In this document: positions 10,909 to 20,305 of the stretch, one piece after another
Numbering within the stretch: the first letter of the stretch is position 1
Layout of the letters: each line of letters begins with the position of its first letter
From: a virus
Length of the DNA stretch: 64,000 bases
Reading direction: 5' to 3' (one strand)
IMG/VR virus record: IMGVR_UViG_3300013947_000002
Span: 1 to 64,000 of that record
Notes under the pieces: model-generated
The model's input: the letters and a program-made list of their open reading frames with translations, nothing else
Told to the model about the DNA's origin: nothing
Databases searched by the model: none
Made by a program: the position numbers and the translations under genes

Positions 10909-11226
10909 TCACCTCCATACTAATCGCCCACTGCTATCTACGGATAATGTTTTCCCAGCATCATCTTTTGTATAAGCCGGTAATGGCACGATAACAAACG
11001 CCTGATTCATCGAGCCGTTTGGGCAAAATACCCTATAACTCTTATTAACACTAGGGGTCGCCACGTAATACGCTACACCACTATGCGTTTTGCCATTCAC
11101 CTTGACTGAGCAGGTATTATCATCCGCTACAGAAGTGACAATGGCTGTATATATTTTTACTGAATCCTTGACCGCATTTTGAGCTAAGATATCAATAGAT
11201 TGTAATAATTCTTCGCTAGGTAACAC
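10909..11226 (-). CDS. small tail structural protein
   Basis: 105-aa ORF with an AAGGAGG RBS. First gene downstream of the tape measure gene. Confidence 0.5.
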   Translation of the reverse strand: MLPSEELLQSIDILAQNAVKDSVKIYTAIVTSVADDNTCSVKVNGKTHSGVAYYVATPSVNKSYRVFCPNGSMNQAFVIVPLPAYTKDDAGKTLSVDSSGRLVWR

Positions 11227-11293
11227 TAAATCACCTCCTTATGATAATCATGGTGGGCGGACATAACTCAACCCACCATGATATGATATTATG

Positions 11294-14200
11294 TTAACTA
11301 CGTCTTGTCACATATTGCTGTGCCAGTTCTCTAAGTCCGCTTACGAACGACTGAGCGTCGCGCACATTAGGCAACATGACATTGCTAATATTGAGCGTCT
11401 GCGCCCAACTCTGTGCCTTCTGAGCCAAGGAGGTCAGCATATCGCTAGGTGTCATAGAACCCCAGCGCCATAGATTGTCCGTAATACCACTAGGTAAAAT
11501 GCCATCGCCTTGATTTAGAACTCTAAGCTCTGGGCCATTTTCGCCAACTAGAGATAACCCTTTATTGGCGCACCTTGTACCACGAGCATAACCCGTATAT
11601 CCAGCCTTGTGCATTTCTGAGGCGAGATTGAGAAAATATCCTTTAGACCTGTCAGATTGAGCTTTATTATATAATTCTTGAATTTCATCTTTTGTGATTG
11701 TGCCACGGAATATTTTATTATATAGCCTTTGGTCGCCAAAACCTTCCATGTCAACAGCAGTGACAGCATTGTATTGCGCCGCCGTTAAATCTGGATTTTC
11801 TTCTGTCCACTCATCCTCGGGTTCTACATAATGTTGCCGGTGAAATTCTTCTTTGCTAGTCCACCAGGCGTTACTTCCGGATTCATACGCTTCCTTATAT
11901 ATGTCCTCATTGGTCTTCCATGTATCCATTTGAGATACGTCTGTGCCAAAATATTTGGACGCTACTTCATCGCCATATGCATCGCGATAGTCCTGAATCA
12001 TATCGAGCTTTGCATTTCTAAGTTCTGTCCAATATTCAACTTCGGCTTGCGACTGAGCATTCTTTATCTTTTCGCCAAAGTCAGTGTCAACACCATAGTA
12101 CTTGAGATTCTCTTCGCGAATTTGCTTTTTTAGCTCTTCCTTACGAGCGCGTTTTTCTTCAAGAGCCGCTTCTTTAGCATTTTCAGCGGCAACAAGCTGT
12201 TCGTATGCCTCACCCGGCTTCATAGCCTCGCCAAATATATCATATAACTCACTATCAGACAAGCCCTCTAACACAGTTCCGCTCAGATTTTCTCTTAAAT
12301 AATCCATGAGGTGATCTTTAAGTACACCTTTATATCCACGTACTTTGCCACCTTCGCTGAAATATTCCTCAAAGAATGCGGATGACTCATTACTAACCAT
12401 AGTTAGAAGATCTTGAATCTGACTCTGCTCAATGTCTCGATACTTTTCTTGATAATCAGCTTGTGCGCTAGATATGGCATCGACATCTTGCATATATTGG
12501 AAACGACCTTCGCTATAGACAAGCATACGGCGCTGTTTGGCTCGCTCTAGTGCCTCTAACTTTTCTTCTAGGGCGATTTTATCCTCAAGCAACTGATTTT
12601 GACGGTTGTATTCGTCTGCTACTTCTTGAGCAACGTCCTTTTCAGCATCGGCATTTTTAATGGCGGCTTTTCGCGCTTTATCGTATCGCTCATTGATAGA
12701 ATCGCCGTATGCTCTAATCACGTCCCAAGCTGATTCGTATCCGCTAACAATGTCTTCGGCACTTAAATCACCACTTTTATAAGCTTCGCTAATTTCAACA
12801 CGATGCCCTGTAGCCGACTCCATTGCGACAACATTGAGCGTTTGAAGCTTTTTCTCTTGCTTGATCATCTGCTTCAGACTACTGGTAGCTTCGTCTACGC
12901 TACTTGAGACAGAGCTAAAACCGTCAGCCAGACTACTTGCCAGTTCGCTACTATCGCCCAATGCACTTTGCAATTTTTGATACAGCTCTTCAATGGTATA
13001 ATTACCCTTTTGAGCAATCTGATTAAACAAGTCTTCAAGCACCGCTAAGAATTGAGCAAATTCAGCCTCGGCAGCTTTATATTGTTCGCTTGTTTCATCA
13101 AATCCCTGTTGTTTGAGCTGGGATAGATAATCCTGATAGGACTGATATATAGTGGCTACTTCTGATAGGGTTGACTGTAAATCAGATTTACTAATGTCTG
13201 GGTCAATCAGCTTGAGACGGGTCGATTCATCGGTTAGATAATCGCGCAGTTCCTCAATGGTGTTGATGGTTTGGGCTTTGACTTCTTCTTGGTCGGATTT
13301 GGTCGAGGATGAACTGCCACCACCACCACCATAAGACGATGGGACAAAAGACGATATCTGCTCAAGTTGCTCTTGATATTTCTTTTGCTCTATTTGATAT
13401 TTCTCTTGTCCAGCCTTATAAGCATAGTCCTGCAACCATTTTTTATATGCTGCGGGGTCGCTTTCTACGCTCTTCTTATACTTTTCTTGATAGGTGCGAC
13501 GAAGATTTTTTGATAATTCTGTATCACTAATTCCAATTCCAACACCAGCAGCGGACATCATACTTGATATTTGAGAAGTCGTTATTGATGCCGCTTGACC
13601 GACTGAATATATTTGGTTAATTAGGTTTTGGAAGTTTGCTTGAGACTGCGCTTGTTGGGCTTGAATAAATGACTGTGCCATGTCTGCCATAGAGCCATTC
13701 GTCGACAAAGCATAACTGGCAGTATCGGTAAGTTGACCATTGGTATCAAATAACGATTTAACAAGATTCTCAGTTGCACCAGATGCTCCTGCTGTTGCAG
13801 CTTCATAATTCGCAAGTATGTTATTGTATTGCTCAAAAGCGCCCACTGATTCTTCTGCGGCTGTGCCTAGCTCTCGAATGTTCTGAGCTTGAGTCCCACC
13901 AATTTCAGCAATGGCTTCGTAGCCGTCTACAAACTTCTGTTGTGCTTCATTCAGCGTTTCAAGCCCAGTAAGGTATACATACTCAGCTTCATTAGCATTC
14001 ATATAGGCATCACGTTGCTCTAATACTGCATCTGATACCTCACCGGATTTACTTGCTGTTTCAGCCAAATCGAGCATGAGTTGTCCCTGAGTGGACTGAT
14101 ACTCAGACGCAGATACCGTGGTAGAATCAAATGTATAATGCAGAGCTTCAAGATTCTGTTTAAGGAAATCAATGGCTTTGGCAGCACGTTCACCATCATC

Positions 14201-15721
14201 GGTTAGCTCAGATAGTTCATCAATCTGCTCGCTTGTTAGAGTTACGCCCTCTTCTTCAGCAAGTTTGGTTACAGCTTCTGTAGTTGTCGAATATCTACCA
14301 ATTTCTTTTGATTCAGCGCCATATTTGCCTTGATAGTATCGTCCAACCGTAACACCAGATTCTCTGTCAGCGCTATATGCCGCAGCCCCTGCCTCATCAG
14401 CTTGCGCCTTTCTCGCACGTTCAAGCTGATTATAATATTCAATAAGCGTCTTAACCTCAGCTTGTTCATCACGCCACTGTTGGTCTCGGTCATCCTCTGG
14501 CACGGCGTTAAGGTCTTCTAGCTTTTGCTTTAGCTCTTCTAGCTTGTCTGCCGCGCCGTCTGCTTCTTCTTTAAGCGACTCATAGTTATTAACTAGATTC
14601 TCAAATTTTTTGGCTTCTTGGGCTTCTTCAAATGCCTTATACGCCTCTATACATCCGATAATAGCAGCTGAGATGGCAAGTATAATTGGCAGGGCTACAC
14701 TAGCTCCCCCACCAACTGCTTTAATCGCCTCGCCAAAAGTACGCGCTCCACTGGCCGCTAATTTAATAGCTTTGCCCAAGTTGGTAAACTGTTTGCCAAT
14801 GGTTTGCAAAATTTTACTCACATGAAACAAGCTCTCAATGCCCCAACTAGCACCGCCAAGTAATCCTACTTTAGTTACAAATTGACCAAAGTCTGTATTG
14901 GCAACCTTGAGCATTGTTTGACCGAGGTTCAAAAATCCGGTTATAACCTCTTTATCAATAACATTGTTTGCTAAATCTTGGAACTCAGCTTTAAGCTCTG
15001 AGGTTTGATATTCGAGTGAGGATTGATACGCTTCATTCTCGCGCATTGCCGAACCGGCGGAATTAAGCGCAGTTGCTGTTGCTTTAGCCGCTGTGTCGAA
15101 ATTTGAAAGAATAGCGGCCAAATTCTGCGACTGGTTAGCACCCGCTTGCTGATTCAGATAATACGCCTGTTCATTCTTTGTTAACGTCGGCCAAATTTCG
15201 GAAACGTCTGTTAATACATCGTATAGACTACGAAGTTGTCCCTCTTGGTCAAGAATCGCAATCCCATGCTCTTGGTACCATTCTGTTAACGCTTGTCCCG
15301 TAGACGACGATTCATCGATAACTTGGTTCAGGCGAGATTGCACAGACACAAGCGCGCGAGATACCTTGCTTGCATTTCGTGTCACCTCAACGCCCGCCGT
15401 CAGAAGACCAAGACTTTCTTCAAATGAATTGTTGCCAACCGCCAACGCCGAGGACATATTACCAAGATTCTTGGCTAATTGCCCAGATGACACAGCATAG
15501 GAGTTACTTACAGCGTTGACCGCATCGATGATATGCTCTGCGTCATCAGCCTCAATATTAAATGCCTTCATTTGGGCAATAATAAAGTCGGCTGATTCAC
15601 TTGCGCTTATTGCCTCATCGCTGACATTCTGGAATGTGGTAGCCACCTTTGCCAGCGTTGCTGAATCGCTATCATTAAAGCTATTTTTTCTGAAGCTTGT
15701 TGCAGCTTCAACCATTTCCGA
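11294..15721 (-). CDS. tail tape measure protein, exon 2
   Basis: About 1475 codons. The N-terminal part (...VEAATSFRKNSFND...QLAKNLGNMSSALAVGN...LLTAGVEVTR) looks like the conserved TMP core. Long coiled-coil body. The ATG at 15713-15715 has no convincing RBS, and the open frame extends only 3 codons upstream. Confidence 0.75.
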   Translation of the reverse strand, partial: SEMVEAATSFRKNSFNDSDSATLAKVATTFQNVSDEAISASESADFIIAQMKAFNIEADDAEHIIDAVNAVSNSYAVSSGQLAKNLGNMSSALAVGNNSFEESLGLLTAGVEVTRNASKVSRALVSVQSRLNQVIDESSSTGQALTEWYQEHGIAILDQEGQLRSLYDVLTDVSEIWPTLTKNEQAYYLNQQAGANQSQNLAAILSNFDTAAKATATALNSAGSAMRENEAYQSSLEYQTSELKAEFQDLANNVIDKEVITGFLNLGQTMLKVANTDFGQFVTKVGLLGGASWGIESLFHVSKILQTIGKQFTNLGKAIKLAASGARTFGEAIKAVGGGASVALPIILAISAAIIGCIEAYKAFEEAQEAKKFENLVNNYESLKEEADGAADKLEELKQKLEDLNAVPEDDRDQQWRDEQAEVKTLIEYYNQLERARKAQADEAGAAAYSADRESGVTVGRYYQGKYGAESKEIGRYSTTTEAVTKLAEEEGVTLTSEQIDELSELTDDGERAAKAIDFLKQNLEALHYTFDSTTVSASEYQSTQGQLMLDLAETASKSGEVSDAVLEQRDAYMNANEAEYVYLTGLETLNEAQQKFVDGYEAIAEIGGTQAQNIRELGTAAEESVGAFEQYNNILANYEAATAGASGATENLVKSLFDTNGQLTDTASYALSTNGSMADMAQSFIQAQQAQSQANFQNLINQIYSVGQAASITTSQISSMMSAAGVGIGISDTELSKNLRRTYQEKYKKSVESDPAAYKKWLQDYAYKAGQEKYQIEQKKYQEQLEQISSFVPSSYGGGGGSSSSTKSDQEEVKAQTINTIEELRDYLTDESTRLKLIDPDISKSDLQSTLSEVATIYQSYQDYLSQLKQQGFDETSEQYKAAEAEFAQFLAVLEDLFNQIAQKGNYTIEELYQKLQSALGDSSELASSLADGFSSVSSSVDEATSSLKQMIKQEKKLQTLNVVAMESATGHRVEISEAYKSGDLSAEDIVSGYESAWDVIRAYGDSINERYDKARKAAIKNADAEKDVAQEVADEYNRQNQLLEDKIALEEKLEALERAKQRRMLVYSEGRFQYMQDVDAISSAQADYQEKYRDIEQSQIQDLLTMVSNESSAFFEEYFSEGGKVRGYKGVLKDHLMDYLRENLSGTVLEGLSDSELYDIFGEAMKPGEAYEQLVAAENAKEAALEEKRARKEELKKQIREENLKYYGVDTDFGEKIKNAQSQAEVEYWTELRNAKLDMIQDYRDAYGDEVASKYFGTDVSQMDTWKTNEDIYKEAYESGSNAWWTSKEEFHRQHYVEPEDEWTEENPDLTAAQYNAVTAVDMEGFGDQRLYNKIFRGTITKDEIQELYNKAQSDRSKGYFLNLASEMHKAGYTGYARGTRCANKGLSLVGENGPELRVLNQGDGILPSGITDNLWRWGSMTPSDMLTSLAQKAQSWAQTLNISNVMLPNVRDAQSFVSGLRELAQQYVTRRS

Positions 15722-15731
15722 CGGTTATAAA

Positions 15732-15950
15732 TTATCTAATATATCCCCAATCATTATCATATTTATCTTGGGCTTTTACTTGTGCTATATCACGCCGTTT
15801 TTCTTCTTCATCTTGTTTGCGCTCTTCCGGCGTTCTATCGCCCGGCTTTGCATATCTTGGCACACAACATTTATATGTAAACCAACAGAAGAAGATGAGC
15901 CAAATAATAATAGCAAATGTGTATACGTCCTCCATTACAATCTCCCCCAT
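15732..15950 (-). CDS. small single-pass membrane protein encoded inside the TMP intron
   Basis: 72 aa with TM helix FAIIIWLIFFCWF followed by a highly charged tail. Overlaps the upstream small ORF by 16 nt. Confidence 0.55.
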   Translation of the reverse strand: MGEIVMEDVYTFAIIIWLIFFCWFTYKCCVPRYAKPGDRTPEERKQDEEEKRRDIAQVKAQDKYDNDWGYIR

Positions 15951-16141
15951 GTATCATCCTTGGTTGTTTCAACTTCTACCGTATTATCATCGACAGATTC
16001 AGACGCATCATTATTGTCACTGTTAAATAATCGCCTGAACAGACAAGAAATTGGCTGAAATAAAGCCTGTAGAATAATGATAGCAAGCCAACCAAGACAA
16101 TAAATAGTGCCGCAAAAAATAACGATAGACATTGTAATCAT
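15935..16141 (-). CDS. small membrane protein encoded inside the TMP intron
   Basis: 68 aa with an N-terminal hydrophobic segment (SIVIFCGTIYCLGWLAIIILQALF) and an acidic tail. A GAAGAGG RBS-like sequence lies upstream. Confidence 0.55.
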   Translation of the reverse strand: MITMSIVIFCGTIYCLGWLAIIILQALFQPISCLFRRLFNSDNNDASESVDDNTVEVETTKDDTWGRL

Positions 16142-16174
16142 GCTAGATACCTCTTCTCTCTATCAAGTATCTAT

Positions 16175-16203
16175 ACCATAGCATATATCAGATAATTTGT
16201 CAA
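16175..16203 (-). promoter_or_regulatory. sigma-70-like promoter inside the TMP intron
   Basis: The minus strand reads TTGACA-17 nt-TATGGT, about 30 nt upstream of the first intronic small ORF. Confidence 0.45.
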
Positions 16204-16550
16204 GGGGTTTTCAATCCCTTCCTGAATAATTCTTCACCCTATATATTTTGGAGGGCCGCCCTGTATATTCGATTGACACATCCCTCATCAGGACTTCGTG
16301 CCCAATCTGCCCTTTTGTCACGAATTTTATACATTATTCGTGACAGATTCTTTAGAGCTTTTACCCATGGAATCATCCTTATCGTCTTTCTGCTTTCGCA
16401 CAAATTCATTGTAAATAATGAATAATTCACACTCAGGCATATCTCATCCTCATGTTGTAGTGATAAGGCTCTTGAGGCTTTCAAGGGTTTAGGGGCTGTT
16501 CTCTATGCCGCTTTTCCATCGCGACATACCGGCTCAGACCGATTTGGTTT

Positions 16551-16949
16551 ACCGGTGCGGCCAACTGTTTGACCGATTTTGGTTAATTTGTCTACATAAT
16601 TGTCAAGTTCAGAGCCAGACAGCTCGGAGACTTTGCGAAACTCTGTAAGTGCATCATCAAGTTCATAGACCTGACCAACCATACTTCTAATGACATCTGA
16701 GAATTTACTAAATACCTCATTTGCCACGTTGAACGTCATTTGCAGGTCTTCACCAGAATCGTTGAGCCGCTTAGTAGCATCGGTCGCCTCATTGGCGTTC
16801 TTAGCTACCTTGTCTAGTCCATCTGCTCCAACCTTGAAGTTGATTTGCATATCCTTGCTATTTTGGATTTGCTTTAATTGCTTCTTTATACTCTCTTCTT
16901 GAAGCTGAACATCGACCAGAATCGAGTAGTTTGAGTTACTTCCAGCCAT
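16551..16949 (-). CDS. tail tape measure protein, exon 1
   Basis: ORF 16503-16949. Its N-terminus (..DALTEFRKVSELSGSELDNYVDKLTKIGQTVGRTG) is TMP-like. The read-through tail (KPNRSEPVCRDGKAA*) is taken to be intronic. Confidence 0.7.
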
Positions 16950-16952
16950 TCA

Positions 16953-17459
16953 TCACACTCCCTTTTTTATTTGTGAGTAGGCTATAAGAATAGACTCTGC
17001 GATATCATCATCATTGAGCCTACTTTTTGGCTTCACCCATCTTAGATTAAGCCCAAATTTTTCGTTAGCCGTCAGTACGGCCTTCTCCTTCATCGCATCT
17101 CGCTTTGTGCCCATCTTTGAGCCATCAAACAAGCCAATATCGCTGCGCCATTGAGACGGTAATAGGAAATGAACCGGCACATTATAATGTGTGGCAATAC
17201 TAAGGATATATCCCTGTACCGCCCCAAGCAACACAAGTGTCTGCATCTGCTTGCCAATCAAAGGAACGTCTTCAATGTAAATACAGAATGGCCTATATTG
17301 CTTGATAATCGCCTCAATTTCTTTACCCTCTTCTTCAAGTCGCTCACGCCAATGCAGGTCTTTTGATGGCTTGACCGCGCCATGATAAATAAGCTTATCA
17401 TCTTCAAAAACGGCAATTCCAGTACAGGTTGAAGATGCATCTATCCCCATATATCTCAT
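16953..17459 (-). CDS. RuvC-like Holliday junction resolvase
   Basis: Motifs 'MGIDASSTCTGIAV', 'IYIEDV' and 'DDDIAESILIA' match the RuvC-fold acidic residue pattern. 168 aa. Confidence 0.7.
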   Translation of the reverse strand: MRYMGIDASSTCTGIAVFEDDKLIYHGAVKPSKDLHWRERLEEEGKEIEAIIKQYRPFCIYIEDVPLIGKQMQTLVLLGAVQGYILSIATHYNVPVHFLLPSQWRSDIGLFDGSKMGTKRDAMKEKAVLTANEKFGLNLRWVKPKSRLNDDDIAESILIAYSQIKKGV

Positions 17460-17461
17460 AT

Positions 17462-18010
17462 CTAGTCCACCTTGGTTGTAGTGACCTCTATAGCCTTATT
17501 GTGCATCTGCACTTTAAGCCCAGCCGCCTCCAAACCCTCTTTCATCCATTGTTTCATCTTACGCCTGCCTATACGCTTATTGAGTTCAGCCCATGCATCA
17601 CGTTGCTTACGAAATACACCATCCCCAAAGAATGAACCGGTTGCGCCATTGTATATCAGTTCAGCTAAATAAGGTCGCGCATCCTGCCCATAGAAATCGC
17701 CGCCTACGCCAATATGCTGTGCATAGCTGGATGATTGCCGGTCGGTGCTACCAATGCTCATTTTTTCGGGCTTATACTCAAATGTGCCACGGCTCGTCCG
17801 CTCATTTATCGCCTTAGTATCGCCAGCGCCCCATGCTCTATAGAAATCGCCAGTACGATTATATTCTTCTGGGCTATATGCCATATAGACCACATCATGA
17901 ATAGCGCCAATATTCTCATCATATATTTTATCTATGACATAATTTATCGCTTTCATAATGGGGCTACGCAACATAGCTAGGACTTCTTTATCATTTCTTG
18001 CTTGAGGCAA
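17462..18010 (-). CDS. hypothetical virion-module protein
   Basis: 182-aa ORF. The track start is a TTG that overlaps the upstream gene by 20 nt. An ATG at 17972-17974 is an alternative start. Confidence 0.5.
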   Translation of the reverse strand: MPQARNDKEVLAMLRSPIMKAINYVIDKIYDENIGAIHDVVYMAYSPEEYNRTGDFYRAWGAGDTKAINERTSRGTFEYKPEKMSIGSTDRQSSSYAQHIGVGGDFYGQDARPYLAELIYNGATGSFFGDGVFRKQRDAWAELNKRIGRRKMKQWMKEGLEAAGLKVQMHNKAIEVTTTKVD

Positions 18011-18386
18011 GTTTCATCACCTCATCGACCTTATTACTGAATCGTGGCATTTCTCTTGCAATCTGAGTAATGGACTTCTGTAGCGATTCCTCATATTTAA
18101 TAGCGTCATACAACTGGAAGATATTCTCAATCCGTGCCTGTACCTCTTCAACAATACCCGTCTTGAGCCAATAATCATGGTCGTGCGCCTCAATCTCTTC
18201 CTTCTTCAAGTCGGTCGCGAAATAGAGGATACACATATCAATGCTCTGCTGTCTAGCCGCCCATGAATCCAGCTTTTTTAGTCCATCAACAATAGACTGA
18301 ATCTGGCTATATGTCAGGTACGGATTGACCTTGATGCCGTATTCCTTAATCTCTACTGGTTCTTTACTCATAATATTTTCCTTCAT
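17991..18386 (-). CDS. putative tail assembly chaperone
   Basis: 131-aa acidic protein lying between the major tail and tape measure genes. The call is positional only. Confidence 0.45.
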   Translation of the reverse strand: MKENIMSKEPVEIKEYGIKVNPYLTYSQIQSIVDGLKKLDSWAARQQSIDMCILYFATDLKKEEIEAHDHDYWLKTGIVEEVQARIENIFQLYDAIKYEESLQKSITQIAREMPRFSNKVDEVMKLASSKK

Positions 18387-18700
18387 TATTCCTTATTCTC
18401 CTTTACTACCTTATATGTTCCTTTATATTTCCTCAGTTCTACATTGTCAGGGATGTAGTCATACGGGTTCTTTACCTTGATAACTTTGTCATCAACCTGA
18501 ACATATAGATATCCATGCCGCTCAAACTGCACATTGCCGGTTGGCGCGGTCTTAATTGGACAATTAGCCATATACGCTAGGGGCTTCCAAATATGATGCT
18601 CTAAGCAACGCCGCACATGAGGACAAATATGGTTACCGCTTTGCTTATCACAAGTCGGTACTTTCTCATAATTAACCACATTGCAATATGGACAATCCAT
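18386..18700 (-). CDS. Cys-rich (zinc-binding?) small protein
   Basis: 104 aa with CPYC..C..C-type cysteine pairs near the N-terminus. Start and stop share 1 nt with the neighbouring gene. Confidence 0.6.
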   Translation of the reverse strand: MDCPYCNVVNYEKVPTCDKQSGNHICPHVRRCLEHHIWKPLAYMANCPIKTAPTGNVQFERHGYLYVQVDDKVIKVKNPYDYIPDNVELRKYKGTYKVVKENKE

Positions 18701-18713
18701 TATTTCTCACCTC

Positions 18714-18752
18714 GTAATAAAATGGGGAAAGATATTGCTATCTCTCCCCATT
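18714..18752 (-). terminator. rho-independent terminator after the major tail gene
   Basis: Minus strand shows a 13-bp stem (one mismatch), ATGGGGAGAGATA/TATCTTTCCCCAT, followed by TTTTATT. Confidence 0.55.
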
Positions 18753-18765
18753 AGGAATAATCAAA

Positions 18766-19697
18766 TTAGCCGGTTACAGTAACCTCGAAATAACCAACGA
18801 CAGGAACGCCACCATCAGCGCCCTTGAGCGTTGCAGAGATATGAGCCGTGCCAGCCGCCTTAGCGGTCACAACGCCCTTAGCGTCAACAGATGCATAGGT
18901 GTCGCCATCTTCAACCGCAAAGGTAAAGTTGGAGTTGTCCATAATCTTAGGCGCTTTATTGCCATCAAACAGGACATAGCAAACAGCGGTCTGAGTACCC
19001 TGAGCGGCTAGAGACATGTCAGCGTCCTCAAATGCAATAGCCTTGACTTCGTTCTGCCACTTTGCACCAAAGATTTCTTCGGTCATAGTGCCATAGTAGG
19101 ACTCGGATTCGCAAGAATCGGTGTTGTCAACTGCTAGAGCAGAGCCAGACAGAGAAACAGTGGCTGCGGAAGTTGCGGTCAAATTGAGGTCTTGAGCACC
19201 ATCAAGCTGTAGTCTGGGAATATCAGTAATCAGACGGCCAATCTTCGTTGCATTGTTCGTGGTGAAAATATCTGCATTGAACAGGTCGTTCAGAATGATG
19301 ACGTGAAGCTCATCAGGGACGTAGTCAACAGGAATAATGATGCTATCTGCATTGGCGTTCTGATAGAAATACATAACACAATACTTCTCACCAGCCTGTG
19401 CATTAGGAATAGCCATAGTATAAGTGCCAGTAGATTCAGTGATAGTACCAACAGAATAGTCGGCTTCACCGGGTTTACGATACCAGCCGATTAGAGAGCC
19501 TGCAACTGCGGACGGGGACTGTGGTAGAGTGACCTGACCAGCCGTAGCAACGGTAAGCTCATTCTGATAAACACCAAGACCGCCTTTGGTTAGGTCAACG
19601 CCTAGATTAGCGGCAATATACTCAAGCTTGAAGCAAGAGTCAGTAATCTGAACAGTAAGACCGGAATCATGGTAATATTTACCGATTAGTGCATTGC
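18766..19697 (-). CDS. major tail protein, exon 2 (C-terminal Ig-like Big_2-type domain)
   Basis: The frame stays open upstream of the track ORF as far as 19707, reading ..ALIGKYYHDSGLTVQITDSCFKLEY... The C-terminus 'DAKGVVTAKAAGTAHISATL..VTVTG' is Big_2-like. Confidence 0.65.
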
Positions 19698-20149
19698 CTA
19701 TTATATTTTATACCAAAAAAAATGGCATGAAATATTTTGTATTCATATTGGGTCGCAACGCCAATATCGACTTACTATCACTAGCAGTCTGCTCATGTTT
19801 TCACATGAGAGTAGAATATATGTTCACCCTATTTAATAGGGGTCGGATTTTTCCTCCTCCATACGCTTGAGGTTCTACTTCTCCCACAAGGAGATATTCG
19901 TTGAAAGTTTCCCATGTATATTATATCATATTACTATAAATATGTCAATATATTTAGGGATTTCTCTGCTAAACACCCATTTTTATCGGCATAGACTATT
20001 TAGGATTTGACCATGTAGTCATCCCACAACTTTTTTCTACTTTCGCAACCATTCAGCTTGTCGTTTCCAACTACTGTTTAGGTGTGTGGGCTTTAGGGAT
20101 TCAAAGCATTTAACCCGAAGTCATACGCTGATTACTCAACGTAGAGAGC
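19698..20149 (-). mobile_element. ORF-less group I intron in the major tail gene (boundaries +/- ~8 nt)
   Basis: About 450 nt with no ORF. It shares near-identical blocks with the MCP intron: 19968-19980, 20000-20014 and 20090-20114 match 25877-25891, 25900-25914 and 25996-26020. Confidence 0.65.
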
Positions 20150-20291
20150 AATTATTACCCTTACCACCGCGAATTTCTTCGCTAGAAATAGTGAAACCAA
20201 AGGTTGATTCGGTCAAAGTCTTAGCGAAGCCAATGATATTCTGACCTTTTAGGAGAATAGCATCGCCAACGCCAGCTAGGAATTTTCTCAT
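20150..20291 (-). CDS. major tail protein, exon 1
   Basis: Hand translation from ATG 20289-20291 (AGGAGG RBS) gives MRKFLAGVGDAILLKGQNIIGFAKTLTESTFGFTISSEEIRGGKGNN, then runs into a stop at 20136. Below the 60-aa track cutoff. Confidence 0.65.
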
Positions 20292-20305
20292 ATAGAATTT
20301 CCTCC

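Larger units (their letters stand above)
15722..16550 (-). mobile_element. group I intron-like intervening sequence in the tape measure gene
   Basis: Separates two TMP-like ORFs. Positions 16393-16495 align at about 75% with the MCP-intron core at 25941-26020. Proposed junction is GGT|...CCG|TCG, with U at -1, a terminal G and phase 0, giving ..QTVGRTG|SEMVEAATSF.. Confidence 0.6.

Noticed and set aside
11247-11282. 11-bp perfect hairpin (ATCATGGTGGG/CCCACCATGAT) just after the tape measure stop, considered as a terminator
   Set aside because: No U tract follows on the minus strand, and the next gene's RBS starts right after it. It is more likely an intercistronic stabiliser or processing hairpin.
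462-15700. Numerous plus-strand track ORFs overlapping the minus-strand structural genes (e.g. 462-989, 836-1192, 8410-8801, 9259-9894, 12102-12302, 14610-14825)
   Set aside because: They lie antisense to long, well-packed genes that have RBSs. Their composition is low-complexity or biased, they lack RBSs, and they break the operon logic. They are shadow ORFs.
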